A stretch of DNA of 63,873 nt, counting the filler, from Octopus bimaculoides (lineage: Eukaryota), in the NCBI RefSeq assembly GCF_001194135.2. It is 5 parts of 5 records of this genome, joined end to end, with 100 filler letters (N's around TTAATTAATTAA, not from the genome) between each part and the next. Parts side by side here need not be neighbours in the genome. Positions count along the whole stretch, not along the records: positions 27,998 to 58,054 come from NC_068984.1; 4 more parts are not named here. One strand, given 5' to 3'. Positions 39,076 through 51,701 of the stretch are shown here, piece by piece (the first letter of the stretch is position 1; the number at the start of each line of letters is the position of its first letter). The translations under genes were made by a program, and so were the position numbers. The notes beneath the pieces were generated by a model. That model did not search any database. It was not told the DNA's origin and worked only from the letters and a program-made list of their open reading frames with translations.

Positions 39076-41468
39076 TCTTCTCTGTGAAATTGATGATATC
39101 GACTCGCCTCATCCTTTCAAAGGTTACTGACTTTGTGCCAAATTTAGAAATAATTATTTGAAGAAAAGGAAAAAAAAATGTCGGTGAGCTTGCAAAATCG
39201 TAACAGCGTTGGGTTTTCTTCGAGTTTAAAATCTCGCCGCGGTCAACTTTGGTTTCATTCTTCCGGGATCAATAAAATAAAGTGCCACCTCAGTACTGAG
39301 ATCCATATATTCGATTAAGCCAATTCCCTTAAAATTGCTGGCGATGTGTCAAAATCTAGAAGAATTATTTAAATTAATAAAGGCAGCGAACCGGCACAAT
39401 TATTCAGAGTGGGGAAGAACATGCCATGGTTTTTTTTAAATCTTTTTCTTTATTCTTTTTTCTTACATTGTAAGTTCAAACTCTGCAGAGCACCAATGAA
39501 CTACTAGGGTCAATGTATTGGCTAACCCGACCCGTCTAAAACTATTGGTTTTGTGTCAAACTTTGAAAAAGTTGATATAAATAGAAAACAAAGTCTTTGT
39601 TATTAGAAAATCGAATTTTATTACACAATAAAAACAATGTTTCATTAAGAAAACTGACTAATTGGAGTAATAAAGCAATAACTGAAAGTCCAGTGATGAA
39701 AAGTTAGGCCCGAGGTCACTTATACATAATTGAGGAGGGCCTGGTCAATTATTCAGGACGTTATTTCTGTGGTGTTGTTACTATTTTACTTGTTTCAGTC
39801 ATTTGGCTGCGGCCAAGCTGGAGCACCGCCTTTAGTCGAACAAATCGACCACAGGACTTATTCTTTGTAAGCCTAGTACTTATTCTATCGGTCTGTTTTG
39901 CCGAACCGCTAAGATACGGGGATGTAAACACACCAGCATCGGTTGTCAAGCGATGCTGGGGGAACAAACGCAGACACACAAACATACACACACACACACA
40001 CACACACANNNNNNNNNNNNNNNNNNNNNNNNNNNNNNNNNNNNNNNNNNNNNNNNNNNNNNNNNNNNNNNNNNNNNNNNNNNNNNNNNNNNNNNNNNNN
40101 NNNNNNNNNNNNNNNNNNNNNNNNNNNNNNNNNNNNNNNNNNNNNNNNNNNNNNNNNNNNNNNNNNNNNNNNNNNNNNNNNNNNNNNNNNNNNNNNNNNN
40201 NNNNNNNNNNNNNNNNNNNNNNNNNNNNNNNNNNNNNNNNNNNNNNNNNNNNNNNNNNNNNNNNNNNNNNNNNNNNNNNNNNNNNNNNNNNNNNNNNNNN
40301 NNNNNNNNNNNNNNNNNNNNNNNNNNNNNNNNNNNNNNNNNNNNNNNNNNNNNNNNNNNNNNNNNNNNNNNNNNNNNNNNNNNNNNNNNNNNNNNNNNNN
40401 NNNNNNNNNNNNNNNNNNNNNNNNNNNNNNNNNNNNNNNNNNNNNNNNNNNNNNNNNNNNNNNNNNNNNNNNNNNNNNNNNNNNNNNNNNNNNNNNNNNN
40501 NNNNNNNNNNNNNNNNNNNNNNNNNNNNNNNNNNNNNNNNNNNNNNNNNNNNNNNNNNNNNNNNNNNNNNNNNNNNNNNNNNNNNNNNNNNNNNNNNNNN
40601 NNNNNNNNNNNNNNNNNNNNNNNNNNNNNNNNNNNNNNNNNNNNNNNNNNNNNNNNNNNNNNNNNNNNNNNNNNNNNNNNNNNNNNNNNNNNNNNNNNNN
40701 NNNNNNNNNNNNNNNNNNNNNNNNNNNNNNNNNNNNNNNNNNNNNNNNNNNNNNNNNNNNNNNNNNNNNNNNNNNNNNNNNNNNNNNTATATATATATAT
40801 ATATATATATGCGAAGGGTTTAGTCGAATAAACAGATCCCAGTGCTTTTTTTAAAGCCCGGTAATATTCTATCGATGCCTTCGTGAAACTGCTAAGTTAC
40901 GGTGACATAAAGGAACCAACACTGGTTATCAACACACACACACGCATACACACATATTTGTATGCGACAGGTTTCTTTTAGTTTTCTTCTACTAAGGCCA
41001 TTTACAAGGCTATGGTCGGTCCGGAGCTATAATAGAAGACACTTGTCCAATGTGTCACGCATTGGGATTGAACCCGGAACCATGTAGTCGGGAAGACTTC
41101 GTAACACGTAGCTACACCGGCGCCTATCTTTATTATTTTGTCGTATTAATACAAGTTGCTGGTGCACCGGGGACACTGCCTTTTTATCTATCCTTCTATC
41201 TATCCATTTTGAAAGTGTCTGGTGGATGCGGGCGTGCATTCGTGTGTGTGTATGTATTCGTGCGTGCATGCATGTGTGTGTTTGTGTAAGGGGGTCGGCA
41301 CCCTGTATGTGTGTGCGTTGGGAGGTCGGGACCCTTCATGAGTGTAGTTACCCTTTAATAAATATACAGTTTCTAGTTGTATATCGATATGGACAGAGTG
41401 ACAGAACAATTAAAAATAAATAAATAAAGAGGACTAACTCTGGTAAGAAATGGCAGTTAACAGTTTTG

Positions 41469-42130
41469 AAATATGGATGGTGCGACGGGACACTATATCA
41501 TTGAAACTTCACTATTGAATACAGGCATGGCTCGCATGACAGGACACCATAAAAGACGAACTTCGCTGCTTTACAACCGTAGTGCTACTGTAAATAATAA
41601 TTAAATATGGATGGTGCAACGGGACACCATACCGTTGTAGTGTTACTATTGTATGCAGACATGGCTAAGGTGACGGGACCTTATGTAGATGTAGTGTTCC
41701 CACTGTTGTTTCGTAGAATCATATCTAAACTATGGAGGTGGTGAAGGGACACTACAGTAAAGGATGTTTCTGCTATGAAATGGTAATGTTAATGTTAGCA
41801 GTGTTTAAATATGGATGGCGCGACGGGACACTATACGAGTGTAGTTTCGCTATTATGCGACGATAGTTATACAAGCTACATAGAGATAAAAGGGTGATAG
41901 GATATTATTTCAATGTAGCTCCGTTTGGCGGCGGGAAAAATGATAACGTTAGCTGAGAGTAAATACGGATGGTGAGACGGGACACTTTATAAATACAGTT
42001 ACTCAACCGTACGAGGTTAGTATTACAACTAAGTGTGCACATAGGCTTACAAGGCGCTGCTTCCGCGTAGTTTCGCTGCTATTTAATGGTTGAATTAGGT
42101 ATGGATGGTGCGAAGGGTCACTAAATTATA
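41469..42130 (+). repeat. Degenerate tandem array, 54-bp base unit with higher-order A/B structure
   Basis: Conserved AAATATGGATGGTGCGACGGGACACTATA at 41469, 41603, 41727, 41807, 41961 and ~42098; variant B units 54 bp downstream of the first two. Confidence 0.8.
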
Positions 42131-43249
42131 GACGTTCCCTTGGCAAATGCTTCGGTTAGCTGTGTTACAAGATCTAGTTGTTGCACTCGTTGCTCGTCTC
42201 TATGAGCGGGGTGCTTCGCAGAGAAATGGTGATGCTTAAGATGGTGCTGGTGTTGTTGTTGTTTGTGGTGTTGTTGCTGCTTGTGGTGGTGGTAGTGTTG
42301 GTGGTGGTGGTGGTGGTGGTGATGATGGTTTTGGTGGTGGCGGTGACGGTGGTGGTAGTGGTGGCGGTGGTGGTTGTGNNNNNNNNNNNNNNNNNNNNNN
42401 NNNNNNNNNNNNNNNNNNNNNNNNNNNNNNNNNNNNNNNNNNNNNNNNNNNNNNNNNNNNNNNNNNNNNNNNNNNNNNNNNNNNNNNNNNNNNNNNNNNN
42501 NNNNNNNNNNNNNNNNNNNNNNNNNNNNNNNNNNNNNNNNNNNNNNNNNNNNNNNNNNNNNNNNNNNNNNNNNNNNNNNNNNNNNNNNNNNNNNNNNNNN
42601 NNNNNNNNNNNNNNNNNNNNNNGTGGTGGTGGTGGTGGTGGTGGTGGTGGTGGTGGTGAAGACGGTGGCGGCGGTGGTGGTTGTGGTGGTGGCGGCGGCA
42701 TCTAATCCGATAATCGCATTGCGGTGCTAGATCACTGTTAATCTCCTGCTAATCTAAGCAGGTTGCGGAATAGACTTCCTCCTTTCAATCTCTCTGTCCC
42801 CTTTTACGTTCACAGCAGGTTATATATAACCTCGGCACTGCAAACTCATGAAATACTTCTCATATCTATAGCCCCTTGTCCCTCCCTCTGTCTAGAACAT
42901 CCAACCATGACCCTCTCTGCTCTACCTACAGCGATATGTATTTAGTTGCTTGACATAAATGTTTTCATGAAGAGGACACAATGTCTCTGACAGGACGCGA
43001 ACAACAGACCACAGGAATTGTTATTCCTTAATTGTCGTTGTTGTTTAGCCCCAGGTCAAGTCTGGTCGACCAGATTTATGATCAAAAGCATTCAAACTTT
43101 AACCGTTTATGTTATTTGCAGGAGCAGTGTGTCGCGAACTACACATTATCTAAGAATTTCGTTTCAAGATCGTAGATTGTTTGCAACTTCACTGCTATTT
43201 CTAGGAAACTGAGCGCTCACGTAAATGATTACCCGTTCACTGGCTTCTC

Positions 43250-43670
43250 TGATTAACTGTAAACAACTTAAATATCTATCATTCTATGTCCATTCGCGAT
43301 ATAAAGAATTTATCAATCGTTCTACGTCCATTCATTTTTATTTAAGTATAAATCATTCAATGTTTATTAGTTGCATAAACAACTTCGACAACCTTTCTAC
43401 ATTTATTCGCTATATGAATACTTTGATGTCGTCATTCTTGGTATATTCGCTATGGAAACAACTTAAATACTATGGAAACAACTTAAATACTATGGAAACA
43501 ACTTAAATACTATGGAAACAACTTAAATACACGCTATTCTCCATTTATTCGCTATATAAATAGTTAAGCATTAGTCACTCCCTCCATATTTTCACTACAT
43601 AAATAGTTAGTTATGAGTCACTCGACGCAGATTCGTTCTATAAATACGTACGTATTAGTCATTCTGAGAA
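43250..43670 (+). repeat. Degenerate ~42-bp minisatellite containing a perfect 4x20-bp expansion
   Basis: TATGGAAACAACTTAAATAC x4 at 43451-43530, within ATTCGCTATATAAATAGT..TTAGTCACTC-like units. Confidence 0.8.
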
Positions 43671-43800
43671 TATCTCGTGGTTCTCAACCATTTTTTCCCA
43701 TGGAACCCGCTTTGGTTCCCCTTTTACTCTACGTGACCCCTCCCCCCGACCCCACGCCATAGCCATTCGATGCTTTAAAAAATCTGATTATATGTTTATA

Positions 43801-43914
43801 CCATTCTATATTTTAGAGGTGAGGAATTCTGTACATCATTTACATTGGACGAATATGTTTCCTCATCTTGTTTGCTGTTACCACAACGTTTCGGCTGATA
43901 TACCCCTCGGGGTA

Positions 43915-43975
<61 letters not shown>

Positions 43976-44188
43976 ATTATTATTATTATTATCATCATCA
44001 TCATCATTATTATTATTATTATTATTTATTCAAAACACTGCCTGGAATTGAACTTGCAATTTTGGGGTTAGTAGCTCGCGCTCTTAACCTTTGCGCTATA
44101 TGCACGTGGGCATAATGATTAAGGGTGCGAGCTACTAACCCCAAGTTTGCGAGTTCAATTCCAGGCAGTGCCTTGAATCAATAATGAC

Positions 44189-44237
<49 letters not shown>

Positions 44238-44393
44238 TCAGCAAAAAAATACCTTAGGGATGATAACCCAGGTTTGGGTTCAAAATTCTACCAGGACACC
44301 TGATGAAGGCTGGAGAGTACATCAACCGAAACGTTATGGTAGCAATAAACAAGATGAGAATACATATCCATCAAATGTAAATAATGTAAATAG
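43801..44393. mobile_element. Head-to-head dimer of a tRNA-head/(AAT)n/hammerhead non-autonomous retroelement
   Basis: Inverted arms centred at ~44105; flanking near-duplicate TATATGTTTATA (43789-43800) / TATATTTTTATA (44394-44405). Confidence 0.7.
44295..44340 (+). ncRNA. Minimal type I hammerhead ribozyme motif (Penelope-type)
   Basis: GACAC-CTGATGA-A-GGCTG-(10 nt)-CAACC-GAAA-CG-TT-ATGGT. The inverted arm reads CAGCC-GAAA-CGTT-GTGG, restoring the GGCTG/CAGCC helix II and CAC/GTG helix I; helix III is the palindrome AACGTT. Confidence 0.7.
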
Positions 44394-44636
44394 TATATTT
44401 TTATAATTAAATACTATTAGGAAATATGACACCCCCCCCCCCGGGCCATATAGATCCCGGTTCAGAGTCACTGTGCTAGGTAAATACTTTGACATGAAAC
44501 TGAACATATGACACGTGATACAAAGACATCCCCTTCAAGAGATATTTTGAAAACTCTATGTAAGCTACAACGTTCACATTCTCTTCTTTCCCTGACGACT
44601 AAATTTTCAAACTTACGCAAACTTATCTAATACTGT

Positions 44637-44801
44637 AGTAAAGATTGTTTGCCAACAAGACATGGCAGTCCTGGTTAGGACGAATATAATGACACAGATT
44701 GTATCGTATAGCCAGCTGGAGACGATGTCTCCTGGGGCTAAATTACAGCAACATTTGTCCTAAACCAGGACTGCCATGTTATGTTGGCAACAATCTTTAC
44801 T
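44637..44801. mobile_element. Short MITE with ~45-bp TIRs
   Basis: AGTAAAGATTGTTTGCCAACAAGACATGGCAGTCCTGGTTAGGAC ... GTCCTAAACCAGGACTGCCATGTTATGTTGGCAACAATCTTTACT. Confidence 0.8.
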
Positions 44802-44978
44802 CCAAAGTACTGTTGCTGAATATCTCACGTTGTGAGATTTAAAAATAGTAATTTTCTAATATCCAACATTGTTGCTTCAACCTAAATCAGTTGTGAAAGA
44901 CATAACTTTTTTGAGTTAAAGCGTTCCAGCGGTGACTATCCAACAGGTTTTTTTTCCATAANNNNNNNNNNATATATA

Positions 44979-45026
<48 letters not shown>

Positions 45027-46042
45027 GTTTGAATTACTGTGTGTGAATAATTATTTCTCCTCTGTCAGCCGTCTTGCTAAAACTATCAGTTCGCCCATCC
45101 ACTTCCCTCTCTTCCTCCTAATTTTATTCTTTCTCATCATTATCATCATGAACGTCATCATCAACTTCATCGTCATCATCGCCATAAGCGTCGTCATCGT
45201 CATCATCATCGTTATCATCATCACCATCATCATCATCATCATCATCATCGTCATTGTCATCACTGTTATTGTTGTCGTTATTTTCCTCACCATTAACATC
45301 ATCATCATCATTATCATCGTCGCCGTCGTCGTCATCGTCGTCGCCGACATCATCATTATCGTTATCACCACCACAACCAGCTAGTCTCCGAAACTTATTG
45401 TCTGTAGGGCGATATTGAAAATCTACTATTCAAAACGAACTTAATACTAACGAGGGATGGGGGAGGAGTCTGTTTCCCATTGCGCTCTTCGGGCCCTTCA
45501 GGAACAGCTGATCATGACATTGCAAACTACCGAAACCCCACATCCTCTTAAAAAGTGTTACTAGTTGGTAGAGCAGGCTATACCTGTTGTAGCTGAAAAT
45601 TGGTACCGCAGGGTACCCGTTTATAGCTACATGCTGTAGATTTGTTCATGCGATTTCTGTTGTGTAGCGTAGTTTTACACTCGTTAGGTTCATAGATTCA
45701 ACGAATCTGATAATCCATTAACGAACACCAGCTTTCAAATGTGGTGGCTGTAATGTTTCGATGAGTTAGTTTCGTGTTCCAGTGGTCACTACCCTATTTG
45801 CATTACCCTTAGTCCCCCCACCCCCAACAAAAATAAAAATGGTATAAAGCTAATACCATGAATTTGTGTAAAAGTATCAACACTTGACGAAACTGATATT
45901 CTATGGGTTCGTTTACTTGGCACCCTATTGTGCACGGAAAATTACTTTGTGAATTCAGTATACGCAATTAAGACAATACTTAATTAAAATACCAATCAGT
46001 ATATCATAGAATTGGGACGTATTTTCTTTCCCCCTTTCTGTC

Positions 46043-46138
<96 letters not shown>

Positions 46139-46519
46139 TCTTAATACAAGTCCAGAAGAGATATCATCTCAGGACAAATACTGCAATAACTGGCCTATCG
46201 ACTGTGCATGTACTTTAAGTATGATACATATATAGCTACTTTAAGTTTTTTTATAAGAAACATTGTGAAGCAGTGAGTATCAAGTCTAGCATCAGAGAGT
46301 TTATGACAACATCTATCTTTAAATGGCATGCCTCCTCCTTCTATTTTTTTTCTACGGCTACCATAAGGGCCTTTATTCCTCAGTGACAAGTGATCTCATT
46401 CCACCTCGATTGAGATACTCCAAATTCGCTCATCACTCTCCTTCTCATAATCAATGTTGCGTCCGACACGCCAGCCCTGCCACTCACCACTATCGACTTT
46501 TACTTTTTAATTGCTTCAG

Positions 46520-46885
46520 TCATTGAATTGAGGTTCTGCTGGGGACAACCACGAAGGATTTCAGTCGAGGAAATCGACCCCAGTACTCATATTTTAAAGT
46601 TCAATACTTATTCTATCAGTCCCTTTCTCCAAACTGCTATGTTCAGGAGACGTTAACAAGCCAACAACGATTCTCAAGCGGTGATGGGCTCAAATACAAA
46701 TATAAAAGCGCGCACACACACACGAGTGGCTTCCTTCCCTTTCCGCCAGCCAAATCCAATCAGTGAGGTTTGATCGGGTCCGACGCTATAGAAGACACTT
46801 GCCCAAGGTGTCACACAATAGAACTGAACCCAAGACCATGTGGTTAAGAAGCAGATTTCGTACCACACAGCCACGCCAGCGCCTA
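46520..46885 (-). mobile_element. SINE family A, diverged
   Basis: Reverse complement of the family A tail, body and head. Confidence 0.75.
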
Positions 46886-47599
46886 TTCTCTGAATCCCCG
46901 CCATAAAACCCCGGCCTTCAGGATCTCCCTCTCACTTGATATTATTCTTGCTGAATCAACATTTTAAATACTGCAGTAATGGTACCAACCTCACCAAACT
47001 CTTCAGAGCCGGTGTAAACCACTGATATTTCCCATCCATCAGAAAAGAGCCATCCCTAACACCCCCACTGCACCTAATCCACATGTGGCATGCATAAACA
47101 TCACAACATCAAATTCCTTTTATACATGTAAAGATCATGAGAGTTCAGTTGGAAGATCAATTTATTTCTTAAATCGTATGAAAACTGTCAGCGAGTCTAC
47201 TTCAACCCGCTTTCTAGCTTTGACACGTTAATTCATCTTTCTCAATGCATCTTGGTGTCTTTAAGAAATATAGAAACACCATCAGATCCTATGTTCCTGT
47301 TCGTGTTAATGTCAGAAACAATCACAGTGTTTTGATATAGTTGCAAGCGGTAAAGCTTCTAAAGCAATTGACTCCATTTAACACACACCAACTGCGTGTG
47401 ATGATTTATCATGTTTATCATATTATTAGAAAGTGGACCGAGCATGATGGCTTGTGTGTATGTGTGTGCGCGCGTGGTTGTCTCTGTATTGACGGAAATT
47501 AGACCGTTAAAAGTTTCTCTGATAAAACCGACTTTCAAATCATCCAATTTACTATGTTCCATCAACATGACATTATACACGTGATGGCTTTCTAAAGCT

Positions 47600-47755
47600 A
47601 ATGCTTCAGCCCTATCTACTGCAGCCTAATCTAATCCACTTCAACCTTATCCACTGCAGTCTAATTTGTCGCAGCTTTACCTACTGCAGCATTATCTCCT
47701 AAGACGTTTGCCACTGCAGCCTTATCTACTGCAGTCTTATCCACTGCAACTAAGG
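47600..47755 (+). repeat. Degenerate 15-bp minisatellite
   Basis: Repeated CTACTGCAGCCTTAT / CCACTGCAGTCTTAT-like units. Confidence 0.7.
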
Positions 47756-48178
47756 TGTATGTAGCTGCATAAAGAAGGACTGTACCCTATGCCAGCTAAA
47801 AGAAGGATTGTGACCTGTAGTTACTGGCCCAGAAGATTGACCACTGGCTAACGCATAATCCAGTATCTCTTCTCACACATTTCTAGATTTTCACTCCAGT
47901 GGGCATCATATTTTGAGAAGCCTGATCAGAGTCAATAGCCATCTGGACAACGGTTAACTTCGATTCATGGGTCACTTTTTGTCATTTCAAACGTTTTGTC
48001 TGCTTTTCAATTATTCGGTTCTACTCGAGGCACAAGACTCGTCTCTGCCAGCCCGCCACATTACTGGTTTTCAATTATTGATGTAAAAAAAGGATTACTC
48101 AATGTAACTGATGAGGTGGTATTTCTGCTCGACGCACCGATTGCACACACGGATCTATCTATCTATCTATCCATGCAC

Positions 48179-48249
<71 letters not shown>

Positions 48250-48415
48250 TACAACGAGCTTCTTCCAGTTTCCGTCTACCAACTCCACTGACAAGGCTTT
48301 GGTCGGCGCTAGGCTATAGTAGACGTCACTCGCCCAAGGTGTCATGCAATGGGGGTGAACGGGGAACTATGTGGTTGGGAGGCAGGCTTCTTACCACCCA
48401 GCCACGCCTGCCTGC
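48250..48415 (-). mobile_element. SINE family A 5' half
   Basis: Reverse complement of the head and body. Confidence 0.8.
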
Positions 48416-49017
48416 CTGCATGTATGTATGTATGTATGTATGTATGTATGTGTGTGCGTGTGTCTATGTATGTATGTATATGATCGCAACACACTCAAAC
48501 TTACACATAGCGGGCTTCATGAGAGTTTCCGGACTACCAAATTCGGTCACAAAGATATTGTCAAAGCCTAGTCTGTAGCAGGAAACAGTTCAGGTGCTAA
48601 GCTATAAAATCGAACTTGGAACCACAAAATTACCAAACCAACTTCTGAACCGCGCTACGATTCCTGTTTTCCCCTACTTATATCTTTGGAACTAAAATAA
48701 ATCGATATAAACATGAACTTTATACAACACGTTGCTCCAGGAAAATAACAGGTCTTCAAGTTATCAAACATAGGTTAACAACTGAAAGGACGCTAGCTTC
48801 TTGTTTTGGTTCTTCCTTGCAGACATTTCATGGAATTCTTCTGTTTAGTTGGATACTGTGTAGCTATGTGCTGCTTGTTCCGTAATAGTGGTTCATCTTT
48901 TTGTTTCGGAATTTCTATTACAGGAAATTCCTATTATATGCCGAGTTGAAGATTTTCACGGAATGTTGTTTTGAAGAACAGAAAAATTGCGCTTCTCTCT
49001 TTTTTTTTCTCTCTCCC

Positions 49018-49096
<79 letters not shown>

Positions 49097-49206
49097 CACT
49101 ACTATACAACTACATGGCTAGAGGGAAATAGAGGTAAAGGGAGAAAGAGTGTAAGAACGAAAAGCGAAATGGAGGGAAAGAAAGCCAGAGAGATACGGCG
49201 ATAGTT

Positions 49207-49260
<54 letters not shown>

Positions 49261-49673
49261 TGAAATAGGTAGGTAAGTGGGTGGGTAGATAGATAGATAT
49301 ATATATATAGAGAGAGAGGGAGAGACAGACAGACAGACAGAAAAAGAGAGAGAGATAGGTAAACAGCTAAATAGATAGAAAGATAGAGAGAGAGAGAGAG
49401 AGAAAGATAGAGAGAGAGAGCGAGAGCGAGAGCGAGAGAGAGAGCGAGAGAGAGAGAGCGAGAGAGAGAGCGAAATAAATAGATAGATAGAAAGAGAGAG
49501 AAATAGAGGGGGAGAGAGCGAAATAAATAGATAGATAGAAAGAGAGAGAAATAGAGGGAGAGAGGGCAAAATAGATAGATAGAGAGAGAGATAAGTCAGT
49601 GAAAAGGTGATAAAAAAGAAAGAAATACAAATCTCGCATACGCGCACACGAATAAATATTTCCAGTTTGTATA

Positions 49674-49706
<33 letters not shown>

Positions 49707-49973
49707 NNNNNNNNNNNNNNNNNNNNNNNNNNNNNNNNNNNNNNNNNNNNNNNNNNNNNNNNNNNNNNNNNNNNNNNNNNNNNNNNNNNNNNNNNNNNNN
49801 NNNNNNNNNNNNNNNNNNNNNNNNNNNNNGTGTGCATACGTGGATGTGGTTGTGTATGTGTTTTCACGTCCTGTGTATATGTAAGGCAGAGTGAAAGGGA
49901 GGCAGACAGCAGAATAATGAATTTGCACACACGTACGCGGCCACACGCGATGTCTGCATGCGTATGAATATAT

Positions 49974-50029
<56 letters not shown>

Positions 50030-50504
50030 ATGTAAGTGGGTGTAGCTATTTATCTGTCTATGTAGCTATTTATCAACTTCCACGTTGGTCTGTTTGCTTC
50101 TGATTCCTCAGATTTAATCTTGTCTAATTTTTTTTTCGTCTTTCTTGTTCCTTGTTTATCTTTTACACTATGCTCTGTTTGTGTGCCTCTATATACACGA
50201 ATGGTTCCTACACACACACACACACATACACGCACACACGCATATGTATATACATAAATATATATATAGATATATATATTTATACACATATATGTATATA
50301 TACTCCTTTACTTGTTCCAGTCATTTGACTGCGGCCATATTGTAGCACCGCCTTTAGTCGAGAAAGTCGACACCAGGGCTCATTCTTTTGTCGACCCCGA
50401 AGAGACAGAAGATAAAACTAATCACGGCACTATTTCAACTTCGAACGTAAACAGCTGAAAGAAATACTTCTCAGCATATTGTCCGGCATGCTAGTGATCC
50501 GGTC

Positions 50505-51108
50505 GGATCATTTTTAAAACGGGGGCCACATTTTTCATTAACGAAGCACTTTGAAACTTGGAACACTGGTAGAATGTGTCATATAAAACATCTTTTTCTC
50601 TTAGTCTTCTTAAAAAAAAAAGAAATCCATAAGTTATTCCATGTTAAAGTTGTCGTATTTCTGTAATTTCAACCAATCACTGACGTCCATTCAGCCGATA
50701 TACATTAAGTGCCGACTACATAAACAAACGATTCTGAAACAATTAACCCTAACCCTAACCCTAACCCTAACCGTAGGGTTAGGGTTAGGGTTATGGTTAG
50801 GGTTAGGGTTAGGGTTAAAGCAAATTTAAAATGAAAAAAGCAAATAAAACGAAGGTATGGAGATTAAATACGCTTTACATCGCTTAATCAGCCAAAGGAG
50901 TAAATGTAAACAACTGAATACTTGTCAGTTATTGGTTGAAATTATCGAAATAAGACAATGTTTTACATGAAATAAATTCGAATACAAAGATATTTTTCTG
51001 TTCTATAACACAAAATAGATAAGTATACGAAGTTTGAAAGTCTTTCCGTACCAAAAACACTACGTAAAACATTAATGAAAAATGTGGCCCCCGTTTTAAA
51101 ATATATCC
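50505..51108. mobile_element. Merlin-like MITE with a central telomere-repeat palindrome
   Basis: 37-bp TIRs starting GG (3 mismatches); exact 8-bp TSD ATCCGGTC (50497-50504 and 51109-51116); inserted in a family B SINE head; (TAACCC)4-(TAGGGT)7 at ~50744-50817. Confidence 0.8.
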
Positions 51109-51158
51109 ATCCGGTCAGCTCAACGCCTGACCTTTGTTTTGTAATATAGCTATAATTA

Positions 51159-51358
51159 CAATGATACATCGCAGTACGAGTTTAGCTCGTTCGATAACCA
51201 AGGTCGTCTTACGATTTACTCGTTTTGCAAATCAATTTTCCCCATTGAAATTAACTAAAATATAACTAATCCGTTCCAGCCCCACAAAACCACTCAAAGA
51301 TATTTTGTATGAGTTTTAAAGCAGAAAAGATGTAGTTACAAGTAAAATGACAATTATG

Positions 51359-51392
<34 letters not shown>

Positions 51393-51567
51393 ATGCATAA
51401 GGAATATGTGAACTGGTTTCATTAACTGAATTGCTTTAAAGATGGGACGATTTGTGTGCTCGTACTGCGGATTTCTGCTCGTACATCAAGACAAAAAATC
51501 GCACGAGTCTCGGCTAGTAAAGCAAATTACTCGTATAATGGGGCACTCGTACAGCGAGGTTCTACTG
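51159..51567 (-). mobile_element. Tigger-like MITE, second copy
   Basis: Reverse-complement homologue of 33492-33861, TA flanks, expanded internal poly(A). Confidence 0.85.
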
Positions 51568-51639
51568 TAATAGGTTATTAAGAGGAGTTGTAAATGTTTT
51601 ATAGCAGTAATCGTCAACCATGTTTCACATGGCGCCTGG

Positions 51640-51701
<62 letters not shown>

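Larger units (their letters stand above)
43675..44473 (+). mobile_element. hAT-type MITE (same family as 33378-34000) hosting the palindromic insertion
   Basis: Termini GTGGTTCTCAACC and GGTTCAGAGTCACTG; internal sequence is collinear with the 33.4-kb copy once 43801-44393 is removed. Confidence 0.7.

Noticed and set aside
41525-41551. Minus-strand YGVLSCEPC resembling a nuclear-receptor zinc finger
   Set aside because: It is one unit of the tandem array; the flanking Cys pair and KGFFRR are absent and stops are nearby.
41469-42130. CRISPR-like repeat-spacer array
   Set aside because: Eukaryotic context, spacers are homologous to each other and variable in length, and there are no cas genes.
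48108-48145. Hammerhead-like CTGATGA-GGTG...CACC-GATT
   Set aside because: GAAA is replaced by GATT and there is no helix III.
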